Shown here one piece after another: positions 1 through 10,266 of a stretch of 64,000 nt of DNA (position 1 is its first letter; every line of letters begins with the position of its first letter). The stretch covers positions 1,760,001 through 1,824,000 of the forward strand of contig CAVRBU010000002.1 in NCBI GenBank assembly GCA_963719315.1. The letters are read 5' to 3'. The notes below the pieces were generated by a model that worked only from the letters and a program-made list of their open reading frames with translations, ran no database searches and was not told where the DNA came from. Source of the stretch: an uncultured Planctomycetota bacterium (GTDB lineage Bacteria; Planctomycetota; Planctomycetia; Pirellulales; Lacipirellulaceae). Both the position numbers and the translations under genes were made by a program.

Positions 1-635
1 ATACGCGGCAATATCGTACCGATCAGCCCTATGCCGGCAAAATGCACAGCATCGACGATCTCGCCATGTCGCCCAAGGCCACGATCTTGGGAGGCCACCA
101 GACGCAGTGGCTCGAGTCTTCACTGGGCGAATCGCCGTCGCAGTGGAACGTCCTCGCTCAACAGGTCCTAATGGCAATGGTCGATGGGACATCGAGTGCT
201 ACGCGAGAGTTCTCGATGGAAAAGTGGACCGGCTACATGCATGACTGGCTGAGCCTCGTCCAGTTCTTGGCCGATCGTCACATTTCCAATCCTGTGGTGC
301 TGTCGGGCGATATCCACTCGAATTGGGTGAACGACTTGAGGGTCGACGACCGCAAGATGGAGACACCCGTTGTCGCCACTGAGTTTGTCGGCACGTCGAT
401 ATCAACTGGCGGCAATGGCGTGGACAAACCCGCTGGGCTCGAAGTGCTGCTGGCCGAGAATCCGTGTGTGCGGTTTCACAATCAGCAGAGCGGCTACGTC
501 CGCTGCACAATAACGCCAAAGTTGTGGCGCAGCGATTATCGCACGGTGGCAGACATCACAAAGCCAGGCGCACCGGCAGAGACGCGAGCTTCGTTTGTCG
601 TCGAAGCGGGCCAGCCGGGCGCCAAGCCGGCATGA
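1..635 (+). CDS. phoD: PhoD-family alkaline phosphatase, C-terminal part (5' end outside window)
   Basis: The frame is open from base 3 (TRQYRTDQP). It contains the motifs WNVLAQQV, VVLSGDIHS and ATEFVGTSIS. Confidence 0.9.
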   Translation, partial: TRQYRTDQPYAGKMHSIDDLAMSPKATILGGHQTQWLESSLGESPSQWNVLAQQVLMAMVDGTSSATREFSMEKWTGYMHDWLSLVQFLADRHISNPVVLSGDIHSNWVNDLRVDDRKMETPVVATEFVGTSISTGGNGVDKPAGLEVLLAENPCVRFHNQQSGYVRCTITPKLWRSDYRTVADITKPGAPAETRASFVVEAGQPGAKPA

Positions 636-976
636 CGACCCGTTACTGAGCATCACAAAGTGCCGCTCTACGCTGCACTACCGAGGCGGACCTGCTTGCC
701 TACACCAAAGTAATGCTTATGGCAGGCCCCGCCACCTAACGCTCGGGTCACCAATGCTAGATAGCCAAAGCAACCGATATAAGCTTACAATTATTGTCGC
801 TTCAGTCGGGCAGATGGCTTGAACTGCAGTGATTTGGCAAACGAATCGCGATGGGGGGATGAATACTCATGACAGTAGTTCCTATTACTGAGACTTCGCC
901 GCTCGCGGGCCTCTGGAGCAGAGCGCTCGTAAGGGGCGGAACTGCGTCATCGAATCGGATGCCATTGAGTAAGTGC

Positions 977-2143
977 ATGAAGAGAACGGTGGTCGAACTC
1001 GCTGCGTGTTCCCTACTGATATGGATCTTTCCATCTCACTTTGTTCTGGCGGACGATGTTGAAACCCAGATTCGAACGATCTTGAAGGTGCAGAAAGCAG
1101 GAGCGGGGCATGCCGCGGCGGTCCCCGTGTTGAGAAGTCTGGCGCAGCAGCCGTCGACGGCGCTAATTCCGCTGCTACGCGGAATGGATCGGGCGAATCC
1201 GCTGGCGGCGAATTGGTTGCGAGGTGCTTTCGAGGCGATCGCCGACCGGAATCTCAAGGCAGGACCACCGCTGCCAAAAGACGAGCTGGAAAAGTTTGCG
1301 CTGGACCGGGGGCACGCTCCCCAATCTCGCCAATTGGCGTTCGACTGGCTAGTTAGAATCGATCCGACCGCCACGGATCGGCTTGTTCCTGGGATGCTCG
1401 ATGATCCGAGTACGGACTTTCGACGCGCGGCCGTGCAACGATTGATTGCCGCGGCTGGCAAGGCTGACGAAGCGAAGCATACCGCGGAGAGCAAGCAAAT
1501 CTACGTGCGAGCGTTTCGTGCCGCACTAGATCCGGATCAGTTGGATCTGGTGTTTGATGAGCTGACCAAGATGGGAGAGAAACCCGACCTGAAGCGTCAA
1601 TTGGGATTGCTCAACAGCTGGTGGTTAATCGGACCGTTTGATCACCGGAAGGGGATCGGATTCGATGCGGTTTACCCGCCGGAAACGGAGATCGATCTGC
1701 AGAAGACGTACACGGGAACTGTCGGAGAAGTGCCATGGCTCAAAAAAGAGTCTGATGAGCGACATGCGATTCTGGATCTGAATAAATTGATCGCACCTCA
1801 CAAGGGAGCAGTGGCATACGCCTTTCAGGAGTTCGAAACGGATCGTGCGCGTCCGGTTGAGATTCGACTTGGAACGCCGAATGGCTGGAAACTGTGGGTC
1901 AACGGGAAACTGATATTCGCCCACGAGGAATATCATTTGTTGACTCAGATGGACCAATACCGGACGCCAGCGTTGCTTCAGGCGGGAACCAACAGAATCC
2001 TGCTAAAGATCTGTCAGAATGAACAAAAGGAAGACTGGGCACAGGATTGGGAGTTTCAGGTCCGTGTCTGCGATTCGTCGGGGACGGCTGTTCTGCCGGT
2101 GAATGCGAATCGACCGGATGCCGCGAGTGCCGCGCAAAAGTGA
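977..2143 (+). CDS. Secreted planctomycete protein with HEAT-like N-terminal region and beta-sandwich C-terminal domain
   Basis: Signal-like N-terminus, a helical region, then WWLIGPF...AVAYA...IRLGTPNGWKLWVNG...GTNRILLK. Start set at ATG 977. Confidence 0.65.
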   Translation: MKRTVVELAACSLLIWIFPSHFVLADDVETQIRTILKVQKAGAGHAAAVPVLRSLAQQPSTALIPLLRGMDRANPLAANWLRGAFEAIADRNLKAGPPLPKDELEKFALDRGHAPQSRQLAFDWLVRIDPTATDRLVPGMLDDPSTDFRRAAVQRLIAAAGKADEAKHTAESKQIYVRAFRAALDPDQLDLVFDELTKMGEKPDLKRQLGLLNSWWLIGPFDHRKGIGFDAVYPPETEIDLQKTYTGTVGEVPWLKKESDERHAILDLNKLIAPHKGAVAYAFQEFETDRARPVEIRLGTPNGWKLWVNGKLIFAHEEYHLLTQMDQYRTPALLQAGTNRILLKICQNEQKEDWAQDWEFQVRVCDSSGTAVLPVNANRPDAASAAQK

Positions 2144-2212
2144 TTTGTACGCAGAGACAACCCAGTGATGCCAGCTTTGTCACGCATCTATAGAACATCT
2201 GAAAGGGAATTG

Positions 2213-3424
2213 ATGAGAGGGTTGGCATGCATTCTCAGCTTGATTGTTTTGTCGGCGAACATCCGTGCTGAAGACTGGCGACAATTCCGGGGAAATGAAA
2301 GTTCCGGCGTAAGCTCAGAACGTAATCTGCCTACAAAGCTGGACGATGCGACGACGCTCAAATGGAAGTCCTCGCTCCCTGGTCGAGGGCTGTCGGGGCC
2401 AGTTGTGATCGGAGATCGCGTGTTTCTGACCGCCAGCAGCGGTTACCGGGACGACCAACTGCATGTGCTCTGCTTTTCGGCTGCCACCGGCGAGCAACGT
2501 TGGGACCGGCAATTCAGGGCCACAGGTCGAACCGTTTGTAACGAATTCATGTGCATGGCAACGCCCCAGCCGTGCAGTGATGGTGAACGGATCTACGCTT
2601 ACTTTTCTTGTAACGACGTGATCTGCCTAGATCTGGATGGGAATCTGATTTGGTATCGTGGGTTGGGGCTCGATTATCCCAATACAAGCAGTTCGTTGGG
2701 GATGTCTTCTTCGCCGATTGTTGTGGATGACACCCTGGTGCTGCAATTGGATACCGACAGCGAGTCGTTCGTGGCAGGACTAAACGCTCTCACGGGAGAA
2801 ACGCGATGGAAACTGGACCGTGAAAAATCGGCGATTTTTGCGTCGCCAGTGCTGTTTCGCTTTTCGAAAAATCCAGTACCGCAGGTGGTTCTTCATTCGA
2901 AGAAGTCGCTGCTGTCGGTTGATCCGCGAACGGGAAAAGAGAATTGGAAAGTCGAGCAGGCCTGCCGTTCGATTCCTTCGACAACCGTGGCGGGAGACTT
3001 ATTGGTAACGCCCTTTGAGGCGCTAACGCTGCTCCGACCGATTGGGACGACCGGGACCCCCGAATCGGTCTGGAGCGAAGCGCGGCTTTCGCCAGACACG
3101 TCGACTCCAGTAGCCTACCAAAACCAGGTGTATGTCCTGAAAGGATCCGTTCTGTCATGCACCGATTTGAAGACGGGGAAGATCGACTGGCAAATGCGAT
3201 TGAATTGTAAGAGTGCCTACGCTTCGCCGCTGGCGGGCAACGGACATTTGTATCTTGCAGACGAAAACGGAGTGCTACAAACGATTCGCTTAGGGGGAAA
3301 GAAAGGTGAGGTTGCCAGCCGCCTGGATTTGGGGGAACCGATCCTGTGCACACCAGCGCTCGCAAGCGGTGCCCTCTACTTGCGTAGCGACAAGCATTTG
3401 TGGAAGTTCGCGGATGCAATGTGA
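2213..3424 (+). CDS. PQQ-binding-like beta-propeller protein (BamB-like)
   Basis: Signal peptide, EDWRQFRG, repeated LxxxTGxxxW and SSP motifs, and a C-terminal LYLRSDKHLW. Confidence 0.85.
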   Translation: MRGLACILSLIVLSANIRAEDWRQFRGNESSGVSSERNLPTKLDDATTLKWKSSLPGRGLSGPVVIGDRVFLTASSGYRDDQLHVLCFSAATGEQRWDRQFRATGRTVCNEFMCMATPQPCSDGERIYAYFSCNDVICLDLDGNLIWYRGLGLDYPNTSSSLGMSSSPIVVDDTLVLQLDTDSESFVAGLNALTGETRWKLDREKSAIFASPVLFRFSKNPVPQVVLHSKKSLLSVDPRTGKENWKVEQACRSIPSTTVAGDLLVTPFEALTLLRPIGTTGTPESVWSEARLSPDTSTPVAYQNQVYVLKGSVLSCTDLKTGKIDWQMRLNCKSAYASPLAGNGHLYLADENGVLQTIRLGGKKGEVASRLDLGEPILCTPALASGALYLRSDKHLWKFADAM

Positions 3425-3456
3425 CTTGTTAGCGCGTGACACTCGTCAACAACCCG

Positions 3457-3545
3457 GTACGCCGTGCAAGTCCGCGATCTCCAGTGGGAGCGAATCCCAC
3501 CCGGCAAATCGGTCGCTCGGCCGGAAGCAACCAGAGCGACGAAGG
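3457..3545 (+). mobile_element. Possible 5' fragment of a group II intron (domain I start), no reverse transcriptase ORF
   Basis: Begins GTACG (intron consensus GUGYG), followed by CCGTGCAAGTCCGCGATCTCCAGTGGGAGCGAATCCCACCCGGCAAA and GCCGGAAGCAACC. This resembles bacterial group II intron 5' ends from memory only. Confidence 0.4.
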
Positions 3546-3661
3546 ACCGGACAGCGCGTATCAAAACTCGTCAACGCGTGACAGTGCCGTTTATCGACCG
3601 ATTACGACTCCTGGGACGACTGTATGCTCAGGTGCCACGAGACCGATTTTGAGCGTACGGA

Positions 3662-4955
3662 TTACCTGACCCTCGACTGGCCAAGATGATGGTGAGGCAG
3701 CGATTTCATCGCGAGGTGGACGATCCTCCAACAGGCTCTCCCACACGATGGCAGGGTTTTCGAGCGCGGCAGCATTTTATGGCCCGGGAATCCCTGCAGC
3801 AGCCAATACGCCTGCACAAGCGTCAGAAGTCCGACAAGACTGGCCAGCACGATGCTGTGCCAGAATACGAACCGTAAGATTTTCCCCTCGGTGCCGTGCT
3901 GCCCCGTGGCGGCCGATGCGACGACGATGCTTTGCGCATCAATCATCTTTCCCATTACGCCACCCGTGCTGTTGGCCGCACAGATTAGGATCGGGTTGAG
4001 CCCTAACCGCTCGGCCGTGATCCGCTGCAGGTTTCCAAACATCGCATTGCTTGACGTATCACTCCCAGTGAGTGCGACTCCCAGCCAACCCAACATCGCC
4101 GCGAATAATGGATACAGCCAGCCTGTCCGAGTAAACGCCAGACCGAGCGTCACGTCGGTGCCGCTGTACTGACTGACATACGCGATGGCCAGCATCGCCG
4201 CGATCGTGAAGAGTGACCCGCGTAGCCGATGCAGCGTGTGCACCAGGGTGCGGCCAAATCGTAACGGTGTGACTCCCAGCCAGGCGGCCGAGAAAATCGC
4301 CGAAGCCAGAATTCCGGTGCCTGTCGCGCTGAGCCAATTGAAGCGAAACTCTGCCACCTTCGGTTTATTCTCGCCGCCGATGATCATCGCGTCGGCCCGC
4401 ACCAGCCCATTCAGATGCGGCACCGACCATCGCAGTTCGCTGACGCCGGTGAGCATAGTCGGCCGTTCCCACCAAGCAGGCGCGGTATTTTCCGAACGTC
4501 GCGGCCGACTGGACCGCCGCCGGCTTTCCACCGTCAAGAAACGTCCGAATCTGCGGAATGCCCTACAGAAACACACACGCCGAAAGTATTACCCACGGCA
4601 CCCATGCCCGCACCGTTTCGCGCCGCGAGTATTTGTGGATGCCCAATCGCGAGATAATTCGCGCCGATTCATCAACGTGCTCTGCCGCGAAGTGCCACAC
4701 CTCACTCGGCCGCCACACGCGTAACAGCGCCGTCAAAGCGAGCATCGAGGCGACGCCGCCTAGCACATCCGTCAGCGATGGCCCTAGATAATTCGACACC
4801 AAGAACTGCACCGCAGCGAACGTGCCGCCGCACACGATCACCGCCGGCCATGCGCCTCGCATCCCCTTCCAACCCGACATGGTGCATACCATCCAGGCCG
4901 GAATGATCAACGAGAACAAAGGCAGTTGCCTCCCCGCCATCGCCGATAATTGCGT
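3662..4955 (-). pseudogene. lctP: L-lactate permease pseudogene (N-terminal part missing, nonsense codon and frameshift)
   Basis: Motifs LSAMAGRQLP, GWLGVALTGSDTSSNAMFGNLQ and ANSTGGVMGKMI. A TAG at 4563-4565 sits in VFL*GIPQI (W expected), and the frame changes shortly after. Confidence 0.85.
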
Positions 4956-5741
4956 TTCCGGGTCGCAGACCAGTTTACTGTCCCGATCATCCTCCTTGCG
5001 ATGCGATACGGCAAAGCGAGAGAGATAGTTGATGCCACCGCCCTCCGGATGCGTCTTACTGCACACAAATACCTGGCCGTTTTCGCGGTAGTGCGGATGA
5101 AACGCCAGGCAGTAAATGGCCCGATCTTTGAGCTCCAGGAAGGGCTCCGAGGGCTGGCCGCCCGCTCGATCGAGCACGCACACCGCGCGGTCTGGTGCGA
5201 AACGCGGGGGGAGTTTTTTGTCGTCGCCTTGGCTGTTCGATTCGGCGGCGATCGGTTGGGGCCACTCGGCAAAAACCAGCCCTTCGCTGCCGGGCTCGCG
5301 GATCGCGAAGACTGGATGGCAGGTTCCAAATTCAAACGCGACAGCTAGATCGCGGCAATTTGTGCGATTTGGCGCTGCTAGCTGCGAATTCATCGATTGC
5401 GTTGTTCGCGACTCGAAAAATGCCGCAGAAAACGAGCCCACTCGTGTCGCGTTTGTTTTTTGAACCTGCCGATTCTTCCATGCGATCTGCGTGAACACGG
5501 GCTCGACGGTATACGGCGGGAGCGGTTCTGGCGAACCAACCACGCGGGATTCGATCCAACGTGGGCGCTCACGTAGTACGGTCTTTACATTCTCGCCAAG
5601 CGTCTGGCCTGCTAATTGAAAAATGGCGACGAGAGCGACAAAAACTCCTAGTCGCATGAGCCAAAGGCGAAGCCACACATTACAGGCGCACCGATTCATG
5701 CTTGACCGCCGGAATATACTAGTACGCATCGGCAACGACAC
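4956..5741 (-). pseudogene. N-terminal fragment of a PQQ-dependent glucose/sorbosone dehydrogenase-like protein, fused in frame to the lactate permease remnant
   Basis: WIESRVVGSPEPLPPYTVEPVF, YCLAFHPHYRENGQVFV and NYLSRF match this planctomycete family. Similarity stops abruptly at CDPET. The start codon is uncertain. Confidence 0.65.
5318..5470. mobile_element. 153-bp MITE with 26-bp terminal inverted repeats and a 3-bp target duplication (GAT)
   Basis: Left end GGCAGGTTCCAAATTCAAACGCGACA versus right-end reverse complement GGCAGGTTCAAAAAACAAACGCGACA (3 mismatches). GAT occurs at 5315-5317 and 5471-5473. Confidence 0.85.
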
Positions 5742-5905
5742 ACCGAGAAGGTTCCATCGCTTGGAAGATTATAGCGGGTCTCGTGTGCCGATAGTCACCT
5801 GCTCGGTTACAATCCGTAGACCGAATTGATCGCATATCCGAACGCCTATACAATTTCATGCCAGTCTATCTAAGCGTCCCAACTTTAAGACAGCCTGTTT
5901 TCATC

Positions 5906-7180
5906 ATGATTCCACTCGATCGTTCCCGGCGCTCATTCGTAAAAACTACTGTCGCGATGGCAGCGACAACATGCGTGATGGCGGGTTGGTTCGAGGCGCC
6001 GGTGGGCAGAGCCGCCGGGCCACTGATCGCTTATGTCGGAACCTTCAGTTCTCCGCTTCGCGATGTTTTGTCAACCCAGGTGGACCTGCCGCCCGGCAAT
6101 GGTCGCGGCATTCACATCTTTAACGTGGACCGCTCCACCGGCGCGATGACGCCGGCCGGTATCTTTGAAATGAGCTCGAGCCCGAGCTGTCTGGCTCTGA
6201 ATGCGGCCGGAAAACGCCTTTATTCGGCCAATGAGACGGATCGGGCGGGCGACAATAAGGAAGGCACCGTCAGCGCCTTCACGATCAATGGGGGTGACGG
6301 GAAACTAGAGCGGCTCAACTCTGTTCCTTCTGGCGGCGCCGGTCCCACGTATCTAAGCCTGCACCCAGGCGGACGGTTTCTGCTGGTGGCCAACTACGTT
6401 GGCGGTTCCGTGGCGGTGCTGCCGATTTTGGCCGACGGTCGATTGGGCGAAGCCACGGATATTAAAAAGGATACGGGAAAGGTCGGTCCCGCCCGGGCAA
6501 CTAATTCGCCACCGGGCAGTTTCGCTTTCAGCGGACACGATGGATCTCACGTACACATGGTCCAGGCCGATCCTTCAGGGCGATTTGTCCTCGATGTTGA
6601 TTTGGGCCTGGATCAAATCTTCGTTTGGAAGTTCGACGAGCAGAGCGGCACACTGACTGCGAACGAACCGCCCGCGGTCTCACTACCACCCGGCGACGGA
6701 CCGCGGCACTTTCACTTTCACCCCAATGGACGTTGGTTGTATTCAATTCAGGAGGAAGGCTCGACGATCGTGTTATTTGACTACGATACGCGAACTGGGC
6801 GGCTAACTCCGCGGCAGACGACCTCCACGCTGCCCCCCGGCTTTGCCGGCAGTAACTTCTGCTCCGAGATCCTGGTTTCTACCGATGGGCGGTTTGTCTA
6901 TGCGGGCAACCGACTGCACGACAGCATTGGAATCTTTTCCGTTGGCTCAAACGGCGAGCTGACTTTCATCCGAGAAGAATGGACACGCGGGAACTATCCG
7001 CGTAGTTTCAATTTCGATCCCACTGGCCAGTTTCTTTATTGCTGCAATCAACGTGGTGACAACATCGCCATCTTCCGCGTGGATCGCAAAACCGGTGGCC
7101 TCAACTTCACCGATCATTACGCCCCTGTCGGCAATCCTTCGATGATCGCCTTCCTCGACCTTGCGAATTCCGATCGATGA
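5906..7180 (+). CDS. pgl: Lactonase family protein (6-phosphogluconolactonase-like), Tat-exported
   Basis: SRRSFVK Tat motif, AYVGT, LLVANY, GPRHFHFHPNG, YAGNR and YPRSF. Confidence 0.85.
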   Translation: MIPLDRSRRSFVKTTVAMAATTCVMAGWFEAPVGRAAGPLIAYVGTFSSPLRDVLSTQVDLPPGNGRGIHIFNVDRSTGAMTPAGIFEMSSSPSCLALNAAGKRLYSANETDRAGDNKEGTVSAFTINGGDGKLERLNSVPSGGAGPTYLSLHPGGRFLLVANYVGGSVAVLPILADGRLGEATDIKKDTGKVGPARATNSPPGSFAFSGHDGSHVHMVQADPSGRFVLDVDLGLDQIFVWKFDEQSGTLTANEPPAVSLPPGDGPRHFHFHPNGRWLYSIQEEGSTIVLFDYDTRTGRLTPRQTTSTLPPGFAGSNFCSEILVSTDGRFVYAGNRLHDSIGIFSVGSNGELTFIREEWTRGNYPRSFNFDPTGQFLYCCNQRGDNIAIFRVDRKTGGLNFTDHYAPVGNPSMIAFLDLANSDR

Positions 7181-7227
7181 GGTGAGTGGGGCACCGGGTC
7201 ATTCATCAACAAGCCCAATCGCACCGC

Positions 7228-8493
7228 TCACACATTCCAAAACAAGGATGCTTTTGGCGCCGCGTATCGTGCCGCCATCTCCGGAGTTTCCACTACTTTT
7301 TCGCCGCGATGGAGCGACTCGATGCCGGCGAGCGTCATCCCAGAGGTGAGCAGCGTGCGCTCGATTGGATACGTTGCCGCATTGTCAACGATCATGTGCT
7401 CAATGTGGTGAATCAATGGATTGAAGAAATTCGCCGTGGTTGAACCGTGGTCGGGCATGGGCAAGTACATCTGGCAGGAAATGATTTCTCCGGTTTCGGC
7501 GTTGAGCCCGGCATAGTTGAAATCTCGAATCGGAAGCATGAACAGGGTCGTCCGCAGGCCGTCGCGATGTTCAATGAAGTAGGCCCAGCCATCAGGAAAT
7601 ACTTTGCGGGTCCACTCAAACGTAACGGGATCCGTTGGATAGCCATTCTCTTCGGGCAGATTGTGGCTGCGAGTTAGCGCGGCGACGAGCAGTCGCTGTG
7701 TCGCGTCGCGAGCGGCGACTACATTCCACATTTTTTCACCGCGCAGTGCCTGAACGCTTTTTATGCCCATTTCGCGGCCCTTGCGCCGCTCAGACATGCA
7801 TTGGGCCGTCTCCAGGCCGTGGAAGTCGAAGCTGTCCATGCGACCATAGCCCGCGCAAACGCTTTCGGACAGCGGCGTGCCGTGGGGCATGTCGATGGCC
7901 GGCATTCGCCGGGTAACCGGTAGCGACGAGCCGGCCATGAATGGGAACTGCAGCCGCTTTGAGTCGTTCACCATCTCAACGCATTGCGACCATTCGGTAG
8001 AGAGGTGTTGATCGTTGAACACTGGAATGCTGCGACCTCTGGCTTCAAATACCTTTACCACCTGCTTGAAAAACTTGTAGCGTGGATACAGCGTCTGGCC
8101 ACGTTCATTGCGAGGATAATCGCCGTGCCCGCCGATGATGACGACGCCATCCACGGCAAGATTTGAGCCACCGAGCGTTAGTGCATCCTCAACCGTCGGA
8201 TGAATCGGAACTCCATGTCACTTGGCCGTGGCACGCGCGAGGTCGTTATCGGGGATTTGATCGATGTAGAGAGACACGAGGTCGACATCCGGTCGGTGCC
8301 AGCTGCCGCCCCAAGCGTAGCCCAGCAGGAATCGATCGAGAAAATGCTGAGCGTGCGAAAGTTAATACACCGCTGTGCCGACTAGAGCGATTTTTTTCCG
8401 GCGGTTCTCGGCCGCACGAAGCGGAGCACACATCAGTGCGGAGGCGGCCAACGAGGAAGCGAGAAACGATCGGCGGGAAAGTGTATTGCTCAT
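7228..8493 (-). pseudogene. Tat-exported conserved hypothetical protein (oxidoreductase-like) with two in-frame stop codons
   Basis: ATG 8493 gives MSNTLSRRSFL. TAA at 8362-8364 and TGA at 8218-8220 interrupt a frame that continues into DGVVIIGGHGDYP...FMAGSSLP. Confidence 0.8.
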
Positions 8494-8677
8494 GGCGTTA
8501 AGGCAACTAGGCGTTCGATTTGTCAGCCAAGATGCCCAGCGTGATGCACTGGTGGTCGATCCTATTCTCTATCGTCGCCCGATGCCATAATGTTATGCTT
8601 CGAATGACGCGACAATATCGGTTTGCTATTATGGCCGTCATGGGGACGACTTGCGGGCAAATGACGGTGTGCAACCA

Positions 8678-9814
8678 ATGACTCAGATCGAAAGAATTGT
8701 CGCTACGGAAGTCGTCGTGCCCGCACGTTCTGGAACGATCAACAGTCTGGGCATCGATCAACCGCTCCACAAACTGCCGGTCGCCGGGCAGGAGTCTTGG
8801 ACCGTTCAGTTCGATGCATTGCCAAAATGCATCTTGAAATTGTACCTCAGCAATGGCATCATCGGCCTCGGCGAGTTGTATCGCGATCACGACTGGCGGG
8901 TCGTCGAAAGCATCGCGCGGCGACTTCTCGGCTCAACGTTCGAAGACTTGCCTCGCCAGAAGCTGCCGATCGCCCACTGCCGCGAATACGATGGCTTCGA
9001 GTGCGCGATATGGGACGCCTACGCGAAACAACATGGCGTGCCGCTCGTCGACCTGCTGGGCGGCCCGGTACAAAAACAACTTTGCGTCGGCGCCTGGTCC
9101 GGTCATCGTACGCTCGTCGATATCAAGCCACTCGCCGTCCGCGTTGCCGCCGCTGGCTACAACTGCATCAAGTTCAAATGCGGCCTGGAAGATGATGTGG
9201 CCGGGTGGTGCCGAGAGATAGCTGAACACGCGCCTGGCCTGCAAATCATCCTCGACCCGAACGAGCGTTGGGAAACGTCGGCCAATGCGCGGCAGCGGAT
9301 TGAAGAACTCCGCGCGATCGGCAACGTGCTCTGCCTGGAAGATCCGATTCCCCGCTGGATGCTGGCCGAATATGCCGACTTGAAAGCATTTTCCCGCATC
9401 CCGATCGTGCTCCACGTGTCGCTTCCGTACATTTACCACGGGCAGCGCGTGCACGATGCGATTCGCGCGCTGCAGCTTTCGGCCGTCGACGGCTTCAACT
9501 TTAATGGCGGCTTGGTCGGCTTCCAGCAACTCGACCGCATTGCCGCGGCTGCCGGACTGCCCTGCTGGCATGGATCGGAGATCGATTTGGGCATTTTAGA
9601 AGCGATGTATCTCCACCAGTGTGCTGCAGCGTCAAGCTGCACATGGCCATCGGATATTTTTGGACGCCTGATTCGCGAGCACGATTTGCTTGTTCAACCA
9701 CTCGACCTGCGGCCGCCGTTCGCGACTGTTCCGACCGGCCCCGGACTTGGCGTCGAGCTTGATCGCGACGCGATTCGCCACTACGAAACCGATGTGAAAG
9801 AATTTCGCGCATGA
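8678..9814 (+). CDS. Mandelate racemase/muconate lactonizing enzyme (enolase superfamily)
   Basis: GIIGLGE, AIWDAYAK..GVPLVDLLGG, the KxK motif, DPNE, EDP and a C-terminal PTGPGLGVELD. Confidence 0.9.
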   Translation: MTQIERIVATEVVVPARSGTINSLGIDQPLHKLPVAGQESWTVQFDALPKCILKLYLSNGIIGLGELYRDHDWRVVESIARRLLGSTFEDLPRQKLPIAHCREYDGFECAIWDAYAKQHGVPLVDLLGGPVQKQLCVGAWSGHRTLVDIKPLAVRVAAAGYNCIKFKCGLEDDVAGWCREIAEHAPGLQIILDPNERWETSANARQRIEELRAIGNVLCLEDPIPRWMLAEYADLKAFSRIPIVLHVSLPYIYHGQRVHDAIRALQLSAVDGFNFNGGLVGFQQLDRIAAAAGLPCWHGSEIDLGILEAMYLHQCAAASSCTWPSDIFGRLIREHDLLVQPLDLRPPFATVPTGPGLGVELDRDAIRHYETDVKEFRA

Positions 9815-10236
9815 ACGAATCTACTCCGCCTGCTTCCCATCCCAGCGTGCCCGCCAAGCGAATGCCGGCCGGAGCCATTCAACATTCGACCGCGGGCCCG
9901 TATTCGCCCGTTCTCGAAATCCAAGCAGATCGCCTCATTGTGATTTCTGGCCAGGTAGCGATCGATTTGCAAGGCAACATCGTGGGCGACACGATCGAGG
10001 AACAAACTCGCGCCACGCTTGCCAATTGCCGCCGCCAATTGGAGTCGGCCGGATGCACGTTCGACGACGTTTTCAAAGTCAATACATACATGGCCGATCT
10101 CAATGATTGGAACCGCTTCAACGCAGTCTACCTGGAAAGTTTTCAGGAGCCACGACCAGTGCGAACGACCATTGGTGCAAAACTGCTGCGCACTTTCCTC
10201 ATCGAGATCGAGATGTGGGCCGCCAAACGGGCGTGA
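9811..10236 (+). CDS. RidA/YjgF/UK114 family protein
   Basis: GPYSP, ISGQV, FNAVY..F..PRPVRT and IEIE. Overlaps the upstream stop (ATGA). Confidence 0.9.
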   Translation: MNESTPPASHPSVPAKRMPAGAIQHSTAGPYSPVLEIQADRLIVISGQVAIDLQGNIVGDTIEEQTRATLANCRRQLESAGCTFDDVFKVNTYMADLNDWNRFNAVYLESFQEPRPVRTTIGAKLLRTFLIEIEMWAAKRA

Positions 10237-10266
10237 CCGGGTAGAGTCCCGTCGCCACGACATCGC

